Shown piece by piece: positions 9,152 to 17,894 of a stretch of 64,000 bases of DNA; within the stretch, counting starts at the first letter, position 1; every line of letters starts with the position of its first letter. The notes below the pieces were generated by a model. It saw only the letters and a list, made by a program, of their open reading frames with translations. It made no database searches and was not told the origin of the DNA. The position numbers and the translations under genes were made by a program. This DNA comes from Candidatus Eiseniibacteriota bacterium (lineage in GTDB: Bacteria > Eisenbacteria > RBG-16-71-46), in contig OY970342.1 in assembly GCA_963717505.1 (NCBI GenBank), positions 1,504,001 to 1,568,000 on the forward strand, given 5' to 3'.

Positions 9152-12100
9152 TCAGGCTCCCGCCGGACGTGGCGCCGGCGGCGGGAAGGGATCGATCCGG
9201 GGCTCGTCGACCCTGGCCGCCTTGGGCTCCACCGGGCTCTGAGGCTCAGGCGGGGTTTCCGCCTTGCGAATCGGCTCCAACACTTCGCCCCGCAGCAGGC
9301 GCTCCATCTGATCGCCGTCGAGCACTTCGCGCTCGAGCAGCGAAGTAGCGATCACCTTCAGCTTGTCCAGGTTTTCGCGCAACAGGCTCTGCGACCGCCC
9401 GTAGGCGTTCTCGACCATGGAGCGCACTTCCTGGTCGATCATTTGCGCGGTCGACTCGCTGTAGTCCTTGTGGGTCGCGATCTCGCGCCCGAGGAACACC
9501 ATCTCTTCTTTCTTGCCGAAGGTCAGCGGCCCGAGCGACTCGCTCATGCCCAGCTCGCACACCATGCGGCGCGCGAGCGAGGTGGCGCGCTCGAGGTCGT
9601 TGGCGGCGCCGGTCGTCAGATGGTTGAACACCAAGAACTCGGCAGCGCGACCGCCCATCAGCATGCACAGCGATCGCTGCAGATCTTCCTTCGAGCGCGA
9701 GTAGCGTTCCTCACGCGGCAGGTACGAGGTGATGCCCAGCGCACGGCCGCGCGGAATGATGGTGATCTTGTCGACCGGGTCCGAGCCGGGCAGCAGCCAC
9801 GCCACCAGCGCATGTCCGGCCTCGTGGAACGCGGTGCTCTTGCGCTCTTCCTCGGTCATCACCAGGCTGCGGCGCTCGAGGCCGAGCATGACCTTGTCCT
9901 TGGCGTCCTGGAAGTCGGCCATGGTCACCTTCTTCCGGTTGCGCCGGGCCGCGAGCAGTGCGGCCTCGTTGACCATGTTCGCCAGGTCGGCTCCCGACAT
10001 GCCGGGCGTGCCGCGCGCGATCTGGCTCAGTTCGACGTCGTCGCCGAGTGGGATCTTGCGCGCGTGCACCTTGAGGATGCCTTCGCGTCCGCGCACGTCG
10101 GGCCAGTCGACCACGATCTGGCGGTCGAAGCGGCCCGGTCGCAGCAGCGCCGGGTCGAGCACGTCCGGACGGTTGGTCGCCGCGAGAATGATGACGCCTT
10201 CGTTGGCGTCGAAGCCGTCCATCTCGACCAGCAGCTGATTCAGCGTCTGCTCGCGCTCGTCGTGTCCGCCGCCGAGACCCGCGCCACGATGACGGCCGAC
10301 AGCGTCGATTTCATCGATAAAAACAATGCAGGGTGCGTGACGCTTGCCTTGCTCGAAGAGATCGCGCACACGGCTGTTGTGCAACAGCACCGGCTTCTCG
10401 CCGCCGAAGAACGCCTCGTGATCGCAGCCACACAGGTCATAGACGTAGCCGTCGTACGGTTTGCGCTCGACGCTGCGGACGATGGCGCGCTTGCCCTGGC
10501 GCTCGCGGTCGCGAACCATCCAGTGGCTGGTCTTGCCGATGATCAGGGACCAGTACTCGGATTCGGGAAGCGGCTTGCTCTTGATCACTCGGCCGGCTCG
10601 TGCCACTTGGTGTCGGACGCCGCACGGAATCCCGTGCATCGCGCACAGCCAGGTCAGCTCGCGAATCAGGCGATGGCTGACCGATGAGACGTTCAGCTTG
10701 CCCTCGGTGCTCACGTAGCCGTCACCCAGCGCGTAGCCGGTCAGGTAGGCCTCGAAGTACTCGCGGGGCAGATCCCACAGCGGCTCGGGGACGTGCTTGT
10801 CGTGGCTGCCGTTGCCGCAATGACGGGCAAAGAAGCGACCCAGTGGTGCCGAGTTGAACGTGATCTTGGTGCTGTTGTCGGCGGTCGAACGCACGCGGGG
10901 CGTCACACCGAACAGCCGGGCGCCGATCTCGATCACCTCGCGATGCAGGTCGGGCTCGTGCGTCCCGAACGTGAACTCGAGGCAGCCGTTCTCGCGACCC
11001 TCGGCGGTGTAGTAGCCGAAGAGCTTGAATAGCTCGGGCGTCGACGCGATCTCCTGCGGGAGGCGTTCCGCGGCCTCGACCGTGCGCAGCGCGCGCGGCA
11101 GATGCTGGCCTCGCTGCCAATTGCTCACGGTCATTTGGGAAACGCCGAGCGAGGCACCGATCGCAGCCTGCGACTGGAGGCCACGCTGCTCGACCGCATA
11201 TTCGCGCTGTGCGGCCGCGAGCTCGTCGGCCTGCCAGACCTGGAGCATGGGAGGCGTCGCCTGGGCGGGGAACTCGTGAGCGCGGACCTGGTACGGCGTG
11301 CCCTTTCCCGGCTGGTATTCGCCCCGCACCTTGATCGGCAGCTGGACCAGGACATCGCCGGCCTTCAGGTCGCGTGCCGCAACCGGCTTGATGCCATCGC
11401 GGGTGCGTACGAAAACCGAGTGGTCGCCCGTGGTGCGCAGCCGTCCGCCGAGGTAGTCGATGTCATAGATTTCGTTCACGCGGTGACGGAACACGCCTCG
11501 TGCGCGCTTCCAGCCGCTGCCCTGCACGAAGACCTTGGAAGAGCCGCGGAACTTGGTGTCGCGTTCATCGAACCCGAGCGTCTCGAGGCCAGAGACCGGA
11601 ACGGCGAATCCTGCAGCGTCGCCTTCGTAGAAGCGATCCACGAACGAGCCGATCTCGACCAGCTCGGTCTTGCCGCCGCGGCGAACCAGGACCGGCGTGT
11701 CGCCGGTGACCGACGCGCCCACCCCGACAAACATTTCCACGAAGTCCGAACCACTCATCGAGAAGAACGGCACGCCCGCTTCACCCGCGACCGCCTTCGC
11801 GAGCAGCGTCTTCCCCGATCCCGGCGGGCCGAGCAACAGCGCGCCCTTGGGAATCCGTCCGCCCAGCCGCTGGAACTTCTGCGGCTCCTTCAGGAACTCG
11901 ATGATCTCTTGCAGCTCGACCTTGGCCTCGTCGCAGCCGGCCACGTCCTTGAACGTGACCTTGGGCGTGCTCTCGAGCATGACGCGCGCCTTGGTCTTGC
12001 CGAACTTGAGTGCGGCGCTGCCGCCCGCCTGCATCTGGCGCAGCAGGAACAGCCACGCGCCGAAGATCAGGATCAACGGCAACCAGGTGAACACGATCGA

Positions 12101-12559
12101 CAGCCAATTGAGTCCGGCGGTGCGCACTTCGATGTCGACGCCGGGGTTGGTCTGCCACACCTTCTCGGGCAGGCCTTCGCCGTCGCCGAGGATGTTCGTG
12201 CGGAACGCCTTGAACGAGGTCTCGGACGGGCCAACCCGGATCGAGCTCTCGCGCTTGAGCTCGCCGCTCACCGTGCGCTCGACGATCTCCAGGCGCCCGA
12301 TGTTCCCCTGGTTCACCTCCTCGATGAACCGGGTGTAGGAGATCTCGAGCCGCTGGGGCGCCATGAAGTTGCCCTGGTACATGCGCACCGCGACCAGCGA
12401 CAACAGCACCAGCAGCGCCCAGAAGGCGAGGGTGCGGAACGGCCGCGAGGGCGGCACCGGCACCTGCGGGCGCCGCGACGGTCCGCCGCTGCCCTTGTTG
12501 CCGCGCCGATCGCGCGAGCGACCCTCGTCGCCCGAATCCTTGTTGCGAAGAAGCTTCAC
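9152..12559 (-). CDS. ftsH: ATP-dependent zinc metalloprotease FtsH, intein-containing precursor
   Basis: Two TM helices, Walker A GPPGSGKT, pore motif MFVG, Walker [20 protein letters not shown] and HEAGH zinc motif. About 689 aa after intein removal. Confidence 0.97.
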   Translation of the reverse strand: MKLLRNKDSGDEGRSRDRRGNKGSGGPSRRPQVPVPPSRPFRTLAFWALLVLLSLVAVRMYQGNFMAPQRLEISYTRFIEEVNQGNIGRLEIVERTVSGELKRESSIRVGPSETSFKAFRTNILGDGEGLPEKVWQTNPGVDIEVRTAGLNWLSIVFTWLPLILIFGAWLFLLRQMQAGGSAALKFGKTKARVMLESTPKVTFKDVAGCDEAKVELQEIIEFLKEPQKFQRLGGRIPKGALLLGPPGSGKTLLAKAVAGEAGVPFFSMSGSDFVEMFVGVGASVTGDTPVLVRRGGKTELVEIGSFVDRFYEGDAAGFAVPVSGLETLGFDERDTKFRGSSKVFVQGSGWKRARGVFRHRVNEIYDIDYLGGRLRTTGDHSVFVRTRDGIKPVAARDLKAGDVLVQLPIKVRGEYQPGKGTPYQVRAHEFPAQATPPMLQVWQADELAAAQREYAVEQRGLQSQAAIGASLGVSQMTVSNWQRGQHLPRALRTVEAAERLPQEIASTPELFKLFGYYTAEGRENGCLEFTFGTHEPDLHREVIEIGARLFGVTPRVRSTADNSTKITFNSAPLGRFFARHCGNGSHDKHVPEPLWDLPREYFEAYLTGYALGDGYVSTEGKLNVSSVSHRLIRELTWLCAMHGIPCGVRHQVARAGRVIKSKPLPESEYWSLIIGKTSHWMVRDRERQGKRAIVRSVERKPYDGYVYDLCGCDHEAFFGGEKPVLLHNSRVRDLFEQGKRHAPCIVFIDEIDAVGRHRGAGLGGGHDEREQTLNQLLVEMDGFDANEGVIILAATNRPDVLDPALLRPGRFDRQIVVDWPDVRGREGILKVHARKIPLGDDVELSQIARGTPGMSGADLANMVNEAALLAARRNRKKVTMADFQDAKDKVMLGLERRSLVMTEEERKSTAFHEAGHALVAWLLPGSDPVDKITIIPRGRALGITSYLPREERYSRSKEDLQRSLCMLMGGRAAEFLVFNHLTTGAANDLERATSLARRMVCELGMSESLGPLTFGKKEEMVFLGREIATHKDYSESTAQMIDQEVRSMVENAYGRSQSLLRENLDKLKVIATSLLEREVLDGDQMERLLRGEVLEPIRKAETPPEPQSPVEPKAARVDEPRIDPFPPPAPRPAGA
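10376..11713 (-). mobile_element. Intein (446 aa) with Xre-type HTH and LAGLIDADG homing endonuclease
   Basis: Interrupts the conserved VGVGA|SRVRDLF. Block A SVTGDT, block B TTGDH, LAGLIDADG-like LFGYYTAEG and [10 protein letters not shown], block F YVYDL, terminal LLHN followed by Ser+1. Confidence 0.95.
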
Positions 12560-13107
12560 GTATTCGACTCCTCGAGCACGCCGACGTAGGGCAGGTTGCG
12601 ATAACGCTCAGCCGCGTCCATGCCGTAGCCGACGACGAATTCCGATCCAATCTTAAAGCCCGCGTAGTTCACGGGCACCTGAACTTTGCGGCACGGCACC
12701 TTGTCGAGCAGCGTGGCGACCGTGAGACTCGCGGCCCCGCGAGTCTTCAAATGATTGAGGATGAACGACACGCTGAGCCCGGAATCGACCACTCCTTCGC
12801 ACAGCACGACATCGCGGCCGGCGACATCGTCACGCAGATCCGAGATCAGGCGCACCTGGCCGCTCGATGTGGTGCCGGCGCCGTAGGACGACACCGACAG
12901 GAAGTCGAGGTCGACATCCAGGGGTGTGGCTCGCGCCAGGTCGCATTGAAACATGCACGCTCCCTTGAGCACGCCCACGAAGACCGGACGCCGGGTGTCG
13001 AGATCGCGAGCGATCTCGAGGCCCAGCTCCCGAACCCGCCGGGCGATTTGTTCGGCGGTGTACAGGACTCGAATGACGGGTTCGGTGCTGGTTCGGTCGG
13101 CGCTCAC
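12556..13107 (-). CDS. hpt: Hypoxanthine phosphoribosyltransferase
   Basis: VGVLKG, SSYG, TLLDK, FVVGYGMD and YRNLPY motifs. GTG start after GGAG. Lies in the tilS-hpt-ftsH synteny. Confidence 0.92.
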   Translation of the reverse strand: MSADRTSTEPVIRVLYTAEQIARRVRELGLEIARDLDTRRPVFVGVLKGACMFQCDLARATPLDVDLDFLSVSSYGAGTTSSGQVRLISDLRDDVAGRDVVLCEGVVDSGLSVSFILNHLKTRGAASLTVATLLDKVPCRKVQVPVNYAGFKIGSEFVVGYGMDAAERYRNLPYVGVLEESNT

Positions 13108-13189
13108 GCACACTCCCCGTGGACGCCGCGAGGCCCGCACGAACGGGCTCGGACCGGTGTTCCAGTCATCGGCTTCCGGTTGGAGAAGC

Positions 13190-14248
13190 TCAAGTTCGCC
13201 TTGGGTTTCCCTGACGTTGGAATCGCACGACCGCAGAACGCCGCTCGGCCACCACTCCGCATGGCAAGTGGATGCGCGCGCCACCGCGGGAGGTGCCGAA
13301 CAGTCTGTCGATTGCTTCGAGGTGACGCCCCGTGAGACCCCGTGACTCCGGCGCGAAACGCCTCCAGAGCCGGCGATAGAGCGCCCGCCGAAGCGCAAGA
13401 GGGTAGGCCGCCGTCTGCCTGGCGGCAAGGGTAGCGCCGGCCGACCGGGGGTCGCAAATCCTTGTCAGTCTTCGGTCCGCCCAGGACTCGAGAACCCGGC
13501 TGGCCGAGCGCACTTCCGCCAGGGCTCCGGCGATCCGCCCGGCCAGGGCCGCACGTCCGGCGGCCGGGCGTGCGTCGGGCCTCAGGGCCCCGGCCACCGC
13601 CCCGATCGCCGAGGCGCGAATGCGGTTCCTCAGGTAGGCGGGATCGGCGTTCGAGGTGTCCTCCCGCCACGCGAGGCCGGCGGCAGTCAGATCGGCCTCG
13701 ATCGCCTGGCGGGTCGCCTGGAGCAGAGGCCGGATCCAACGCCCGCGGCGGGGCGGGATGCCACCGAGTCCGGCCAGCCCGGTGCCGCGGCCGAGCCTCA
13801 TGAGCAGGGTCTCGGCCTGGTCGTCGGCGGTGTGGGCGGTCGCGATCAGGTCGGCCCCGGCGCTGCGCGCGGCACGGGCCAGGAACTCGCGCCGCAATTG
13901 ACGGAGCCCCGCTTGGCCGGCGAGCCCACGGCGCTTCATGCGCGCCTTGCAATCCCAGCGGACCGCGACCAGGGGAATGCCGAGGCGCTCGCAAAGTGCG
14001 CGAACGCAGGCGAGATCGCCATCGGCTTCGGCGCCGCGAAGTCCGTGATGGAGGTGCGCGGCAGTGAGCGTCACGCCCCGCTCGTGGGCGACTCGACTCC
14101 AGCCGACGAGCAGTGCCGTCGAGTCGGCGCCGCCGCTGACCGCGACGAGCACGCGGCTCTGCCGCGCCACGCGGCAATCTCCGGCGAATGCGCGGCGCAG
14201 GATCGGCTCGATCCTGCGCAGCCGAGGCGGCGAGGTTGGGGACGGCAC
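13190..14248 (-). CDS. tilS: tRNA(Ile)-lysidine synthetase (short form)
   Basis: AVSGGADS PP-loop, HHGLRG, AHTADDQAET, IRPLL and EDTSN...RNRIR motifs. GTG start after GAGGAGG. Confidence 0.92.
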   Translation of the reverse strand: MPSPTSPPRLRRIEPILRRAFAGDCRVARQSRVLVAVSGGADSTALLVGWSRVAHERGVTLTAAHLHHGLRGAEADGDLACVRALCERLGIPLVAVRWDCKARMKRRGLAGQAGLRQLRREFLARAARSAGADLIATAHTADDQAETLLMRLGRGTGLAGLGGIPPRRGRWIRPLLQATRQAIEADLTAAGLAWREDTSNADPAYLRNRIRASAIGAVAGALRPDARPAAGRAALAGRIAGALAEVRSASRVLESWADRRLTRICDPRSAGATLAARQTAAYPLALRRALYRRLWRRFAPESRGLTGRHLEAIDRLFGTSRGGARIHLPCGVVAERRSAVVRFQRQGNPRRT

Positions 14249-14296
14249 GCGGGATTCCTCCTCAAGCGGAGGCCGCTCGCGACCGAGCGGTGAGTG

Positions 14297-14372
14297 TGGT
14301 GGCGGCGGAGGGACTCGAACCCCCGACACGAGGATTATGATTCCCCTGCTCTACCAGCTGAGCTACACCGCC
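14297..14372 (-). tRNA. tRNA with CAT anticodon (most likely elongator tRNA-Met)
   Basis: Minus strand GGCGGTGTAGCTCAGCTGGTAGAGCAGGGGAATCATAATCCTCGTGTCGGGGGTTCGAGTCCCTCCGCCGCCACCA: 76 nt, cloverleaf, encoded CCA. G1-C72 pairing means it is not the initiator. Confidence 0.95.
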
Positions 14373-14429
14373 ACGAGCGAGGGCCGCTGCGCGGGCGTTG
14401 GGCCCATCCCTGCGAGCGGCGGGGGACGA

Positions 14430-14458
14430 ACGTTAGGGAGCGTCTTCACAAAAGTCAA
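14430..14458 (-). promoter_or_regulatory. Sigma70-type promoter for tRNA-tilS-hpt-ftsH
   Basis: TTGACT-17 nt-TAACGT on the minus strand. Confidence 0.7.
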
Positions 14459-14476
14459 CATTGGCCGCCTCTCCGC

Positions 14477-16606
14477 CTAGAAGTGGTAGCTGGCTTCGGC
14501 CATGAAGCGACGTGGCGGAGCCGGGTAGAACTGGGCGTCGCCGATCTCGCTCTCGGTGACCACGTGCCGATCGTCGCCGAGGTTGCGGCCGATCACCACC
14601 AGGCTCCACGGTCCGCGGTCGAACGAGAGTCCGGCGTCGAATTCCGTGAACGCTTCGGCGAAGAACGTGTTGCGGCGATTGAATGGCCGCTCACCCTGGT
14701 AGCGCAGCGCGAAATATCCGCCCACGCCGGACGGTGTGCGCAGGCTCGCACGCGCGTTGACCATGTCCTCGGGCACCAACTCGAGCCGCTTGCCGCTCAC
14801 GTCCCGGAACTGGCCATCGGGCGTCACGAACGTGAAGTCGACGAACTGGGCGTCGTGATGGCCGTAGCCGACCGCGATCGAGCTGCCGGGCACCGCCTCG
14901 GGCGACCACTGCACTTCGGTGTCGATGCCTTTGAAGCGCTCCTCGCCGGCGTTGGTCAGCTCGGGGAGACCGCCGGTACCGAGGATCGAAACCACCATGT
15001 TCTCGAAGGTCATGTCGAACCACGAGAGATTGAACGAGACGCCGTGGTCCATCCGCGCCTTGATTCCCGCTTCCCACGACGTGGTGTGCTCCGGCTCGAG
15101 GATCTCGGCGGCTTCGGCCTCCGCGAGATTCGGAGCCGCCGGCTTGAATGCACGCCGCACCGAACCGTAGACGTTCGCGGCCTGGAATACGCCGGCGCCG
15201 GCGGCCGGCACGAGGCGGTAGAGCACCGAGAAGTCGCCGGAGAAATCGGCATCGTCTCTGTGGTCGGCGACCGGCACCGGCCCGCTGGGCAGATCGGCTT
15301 CGGTTTCGAGCTCTTCGGAAACCGCATCGAAACGGCCGCCGCCTTCCAGCGTCACCCGCCAGGTCGGGGTCCACGCGTCGTGGACGTAGAAGCCGTAGAA
15401 CGTTCGCATGTCCTCGAACTCGCGATCCTCGACACTGGGGGTCGAGCCGGCATCCGGAATGTTCGGGTAGCCGGACAGGAACTGGTCGAAGCTGAACTCC
15501 CGACCCTCGCCCTTGGTCTCACCCCAGGTCACCGCCGCGCCGGCGATCAGCTCGTGGGTTCCGGCGGCATTCAGCTTGCCGATCCAGCGCAGGTCTTCGT
15601 ACAGCGAGGTCTCGCGCGGCTCGAGCTCGAGTCCTTCGGAAGTCAGCGTGTCCCCGGAGACTTCACCCGGGAAGCTCCGCAGATACTCCTGCTCGTCGAC
15701 CGCATAGCCGAGCGTGTTCTCGAGGTGATGCGAGCCGACGGGGAGGGTCAGGCGTGCGGTACCGCTGAAAACCGTGTGTTGGACCTTGGCGCCGCCCACC
15801 GCGTAGTTGCGGTCGATGACGAATCCCGGCACCAGCTCGCCCGAGTCGTAGGGCAGAGGCGAACCCCATTCCTGATGGTGGCGATAGCTGGCGACGTCGA
15901 GGGTCAGCCGGCCGCGTCCGAGTCCCATGCCCAGGGTCGCGCCGCCGCGACCGACATCACTCGAGGTCCGATCCTGCCAGCCGTCGTTGTTCGCGAAGCT
16001 GCCGCTGAGTCGCAGGTTTCTTCCGCCGCCCAGAGACTTGCCCCAGTTCACGCTGCCCTTGCCGCCCGAGAACGAGCCGCCGCTCACGCTCACCGCGCCG
16101 CCGCTCGCCGGTTCCGGGGTGAACACCTGGATCATTCCGGCGAATGCCGAGACTCCGTACATGGTTCCCTGCGGACCTTTGACCACTTCGATGCGATCGA
16201 TGTCCTCGATCGGCAGCTGGGACAACGAAGGATTGAACGGCCCGCCCACAGGCACCCCGTTCAGGGTGAACAACAGCGCGTCAAACTCCTTGAGTCCGTA
16301 CATGCCGACGTTGGGCAGGTAAGTGCCATTGTCCGAGCCTTCGCCGGTGTCGAGGCCGACGACGTCCTGCAGCGCTTCGGCGAACGTGTGTACGGCGCGT
16401 TGGCGAAGTTCCTTGCGGGTCACGACCGCGGTCGCGTTCGGCACATTGATCTGATCCCGTGGCGTGCGGGTCGCGGAAACCACGACCTCGGGGTGCTCGA
16501 CGGTCAACGTGTCGGCGGGGTCCGCGGGCGCGGCGGCGGCTCGAGTGGCTTCGGCGGCCGAACCGAGAAAGAGGGCAAGCAAGATGGAAGCGAGTGGACG
16601 CAGCAT
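14477..16606 (-). CDS. TonB-dependent receptor
   Basis: Signal peptide, TonB box/plug (EVVVSATRT, IDRIEVVKGPQGTMYG) and C-terminal ASYHF barrel signature. AAGGAG RBS before ATG16606. Confidence 0.92.
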   Translation of the reverse strand: MLRPLASILLALFLGSAAEATRAAAAPADPADTLTVEHPEVVVSATRTPRDQINVPNATAVVTRKELRQRAVHTFAEALQDVVGLDTGEGSDNGTYLPNVGMYGLKEFDALLFTLNGVPVGGPFNPSLSQLPIEDIDRIEVVKGPQGTMYGVSAFAGMIQVFTPEPASGGAVSVSGGSFSGGKGSVNWGKSLGGGRNLRLSGSFANNDGWQDRTSSDVGRGGATLGMGLGRGRLTLDVASYRHHQEWGSPLPYDSGELVPGFVIDRNYAVGGAKVQHTVFSGTARLTLPVGSHHLENTLGYAVDEQEYLRSFPGEVSGDTLTSEGLELEPRETSLYEDLRWIGKLNAAGTHELIAGAAVTWGETKGEGREFSFDQFLSGYPNIPDAGSTPSVEDREFEDMRTFYGFYVHDAWTPTWRVTLEGGGRFDAVSEELETEADLPSGPVPVADHRDDADFSGDFSVLYRLVPAAGAGVFQAANVYGSVRRAFKPAAPNLAEAEAAEILEPEHTTSWEAGIKARMDHGVSFNLSWFDMTFENMVVSILGTGGLPELTNAGEERFKGIDTEVQWSPEAVPGSSIAVGYGHHDAQFVDFTFVTPDGQFRDVSGKRLELVPEDMVNARASLRTPSGVGGYFALRYQGERPFNRRNTFFAEAFTEFDAGLSFDRGPWSLVVIGRNLGDDRHVVTESEIGDAQFYPAPPRRFMAEASYHF

Positions 16607-16730
16607 GAAAGACTCCTTCGATCGGAGCTGAGCGCGGCGTGGGTAGCTCACGAACGGCACCCGATCGGGCGGTGGCGGAGTTCGAAGGGTGAAGCGGCCG
16701 GGGGGGCGAAACGCCGGAGGCGAACCCCGA

Positions 16731-17048
16731 CTAGGTCCGGAGTGGAGTGGACCTCGGTGGCTCGAACGTGCACGAGAACCGGGTGGGGGGCACCTCGGTG
16801 GGGGACGTGGACGTTTGATCTTCGCGTGTGTACGTCGCTTCCGGGGCCGAGAACTCGTCGCCGTCTTCACCCTCGAGTGCTTCGGCGTTCAGGCTGCGCG
16901 GGTCGACGCTCGACGTGCCCGAAACGACGCCGTCGAGGACCGACTGCTCGACACTCATCGCGTCGTCGATGGAAGCAACATCGCTCATGTGGGGCTCGAT
17001 GCCGGCGCCGGCGAGCGCGGACCACACGGTGAGCATCGCGACGATCAT
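16731..17048 (-). CDS. Small hypothetical protein upstream of the TonB-dependent receptor
   Basis: 105-aa ORF filling the gap between cdaA and the receptor. Hydrophobic N-terminus, acidic middle, Pro-rich C-terminus. Confidence 0.4.
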   Translation of the reverse strand: MIVAMLTVWSALAGAGIEPHMSDVASIDDAMSVEQSVLDGVVSGTSSVDPRSLNAEALEGEDGDEFSAPEATYTREDQTSTSPTEVPPTRFSCTFEPPRSTPLRT

Positions 17049-17054
17049 GGGGCG

Positions 17055-17894
17055 TCAGGCCTTACCGGTGGCGCGGACCTCGGGCTCGGCGTCGTCGCTG
17101 CTCGCGTCGACCCCCATTTCGCCCGACGTCGTGTCGTCCTCGGAACGCACGCGGAAGATCCGCGACAGCTCGCTGCGCAACTCGCCTTCGTTCAGGTTCT
17201 GCTTCAGCCGGCCACGCGAAGCGACCGAGATGCCGCCGGTCTGCTCGCTGACCACGATCACCGCCGCGTCGGTCTCTTCCGAGAGACCGAGGGCGGCGCG
17301 ATGGCGCGTGCCGAGCATCTCGCTCATGCGCGGATTGCTCGACAGCGGCAGGATGCACGAGGCGGCGAGCACGTTGTCCTCGCGCAGGATCACCGCACCG
17401 TCGTGGAGCGGCGAGCCCGGGCTGAACAGGGTCACCAGCAGCTCGGCCGACGCCTTGGCGTCGAGCCGCGTGCCGGTCTCGACGAAGTTCCTGAGGCCCG
17501 TGTTGCGCTCGAGCACGATCAGAGCGCCGTGCCGGCGCCGGCCGAGGGTCTCGACCGCACGAATCGTCTCGCCCAGGAAGCCGATGTTGTCGCCGCGCAG
17601 GAACGATCGGAAGTAGCGGGTGCGGCCGAACAGGGCCAGCACGTGGCGCAGCTCGGGCTGGAAGATGATGACGAAGGCGATCAGCCAGACGGTCTTCAGG
17701 CCCTCGACGATCCAGCGGATCGCGATCAGGTCCAGTTCGCGCGCCACCAGCCCGACCAGGACGATGACCAGGAGACCAACGTACATCTGGGCCGAACGCG
17801 TGCCCTTGACCAGGATCAGCAGGCGATAGAAGAGAATCGCCACCAACAGGATGTCGAGGACGTCGAGGAGCCAGATGCCGTGGACAGGGGTCAT
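17055..17894 (-). CDS. cdaA: Diadenylate cyclase CdaA (membrane-bound DAC)
   Basis: Three N-terminal TMs, IIFQPELR, and catalytic PLHDGAV and GTRHRAA motifs. Confidence 0.93.
   Translation of the reverse strand: MTPVHGIWLLDVLDILLVAILFYRLLILVKGTRSAQMYVGLLVIVLVGLVARELDLIAIRWIVEGLKTVWLIAFVIIFQPELRHVLALFGRTRYFRSFLRGDNIGFLGETIRAVETLGRRRHGALIVLERNTGLRNFVETGTRLDAKASAELLVTLFSPGSPLHDGAVILREDNVLAASCILPLSSNPRMSEMLGTRHRAALGLSEETDAAVIVVSEQTGGISVASRGRLKQNLNEGELRSELSRIFRVRSEDDTTSGEMGVDASSDDAEPEVRATGKA

Noticed and set aside
13108-13428. tilS-hpt fusion or frameshift suggested by the long upstream hpt frame
   Set aside because: tilS ends in a plausible C-terminus, and hpt has its own RBS and GTG. The extension shows no TilS-like sequence.
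14297-14372. tRNA as an island or prophage attachment site
   Set aside because: No integrase is adjacent and no duplicated tRNA 3' end was noticed in the window.
16607-16730. Cobalamin or other riboswitch upstream of the TonB-dependent receptor
   Set aside because: I could not find B12-box or other known aptamer consensus sequences. Only generic GC-rich pairing is present.
14294-17032. 912-aa plus-strand ORF and many similar long antisense ORFs (e.g. 28241-31558, 34417-36240)
   Set aside because: They mirror well-supported genes on the opposite strand. Stop-poor shadow frames are expected at high GC, and they carry no recognisable motifs.
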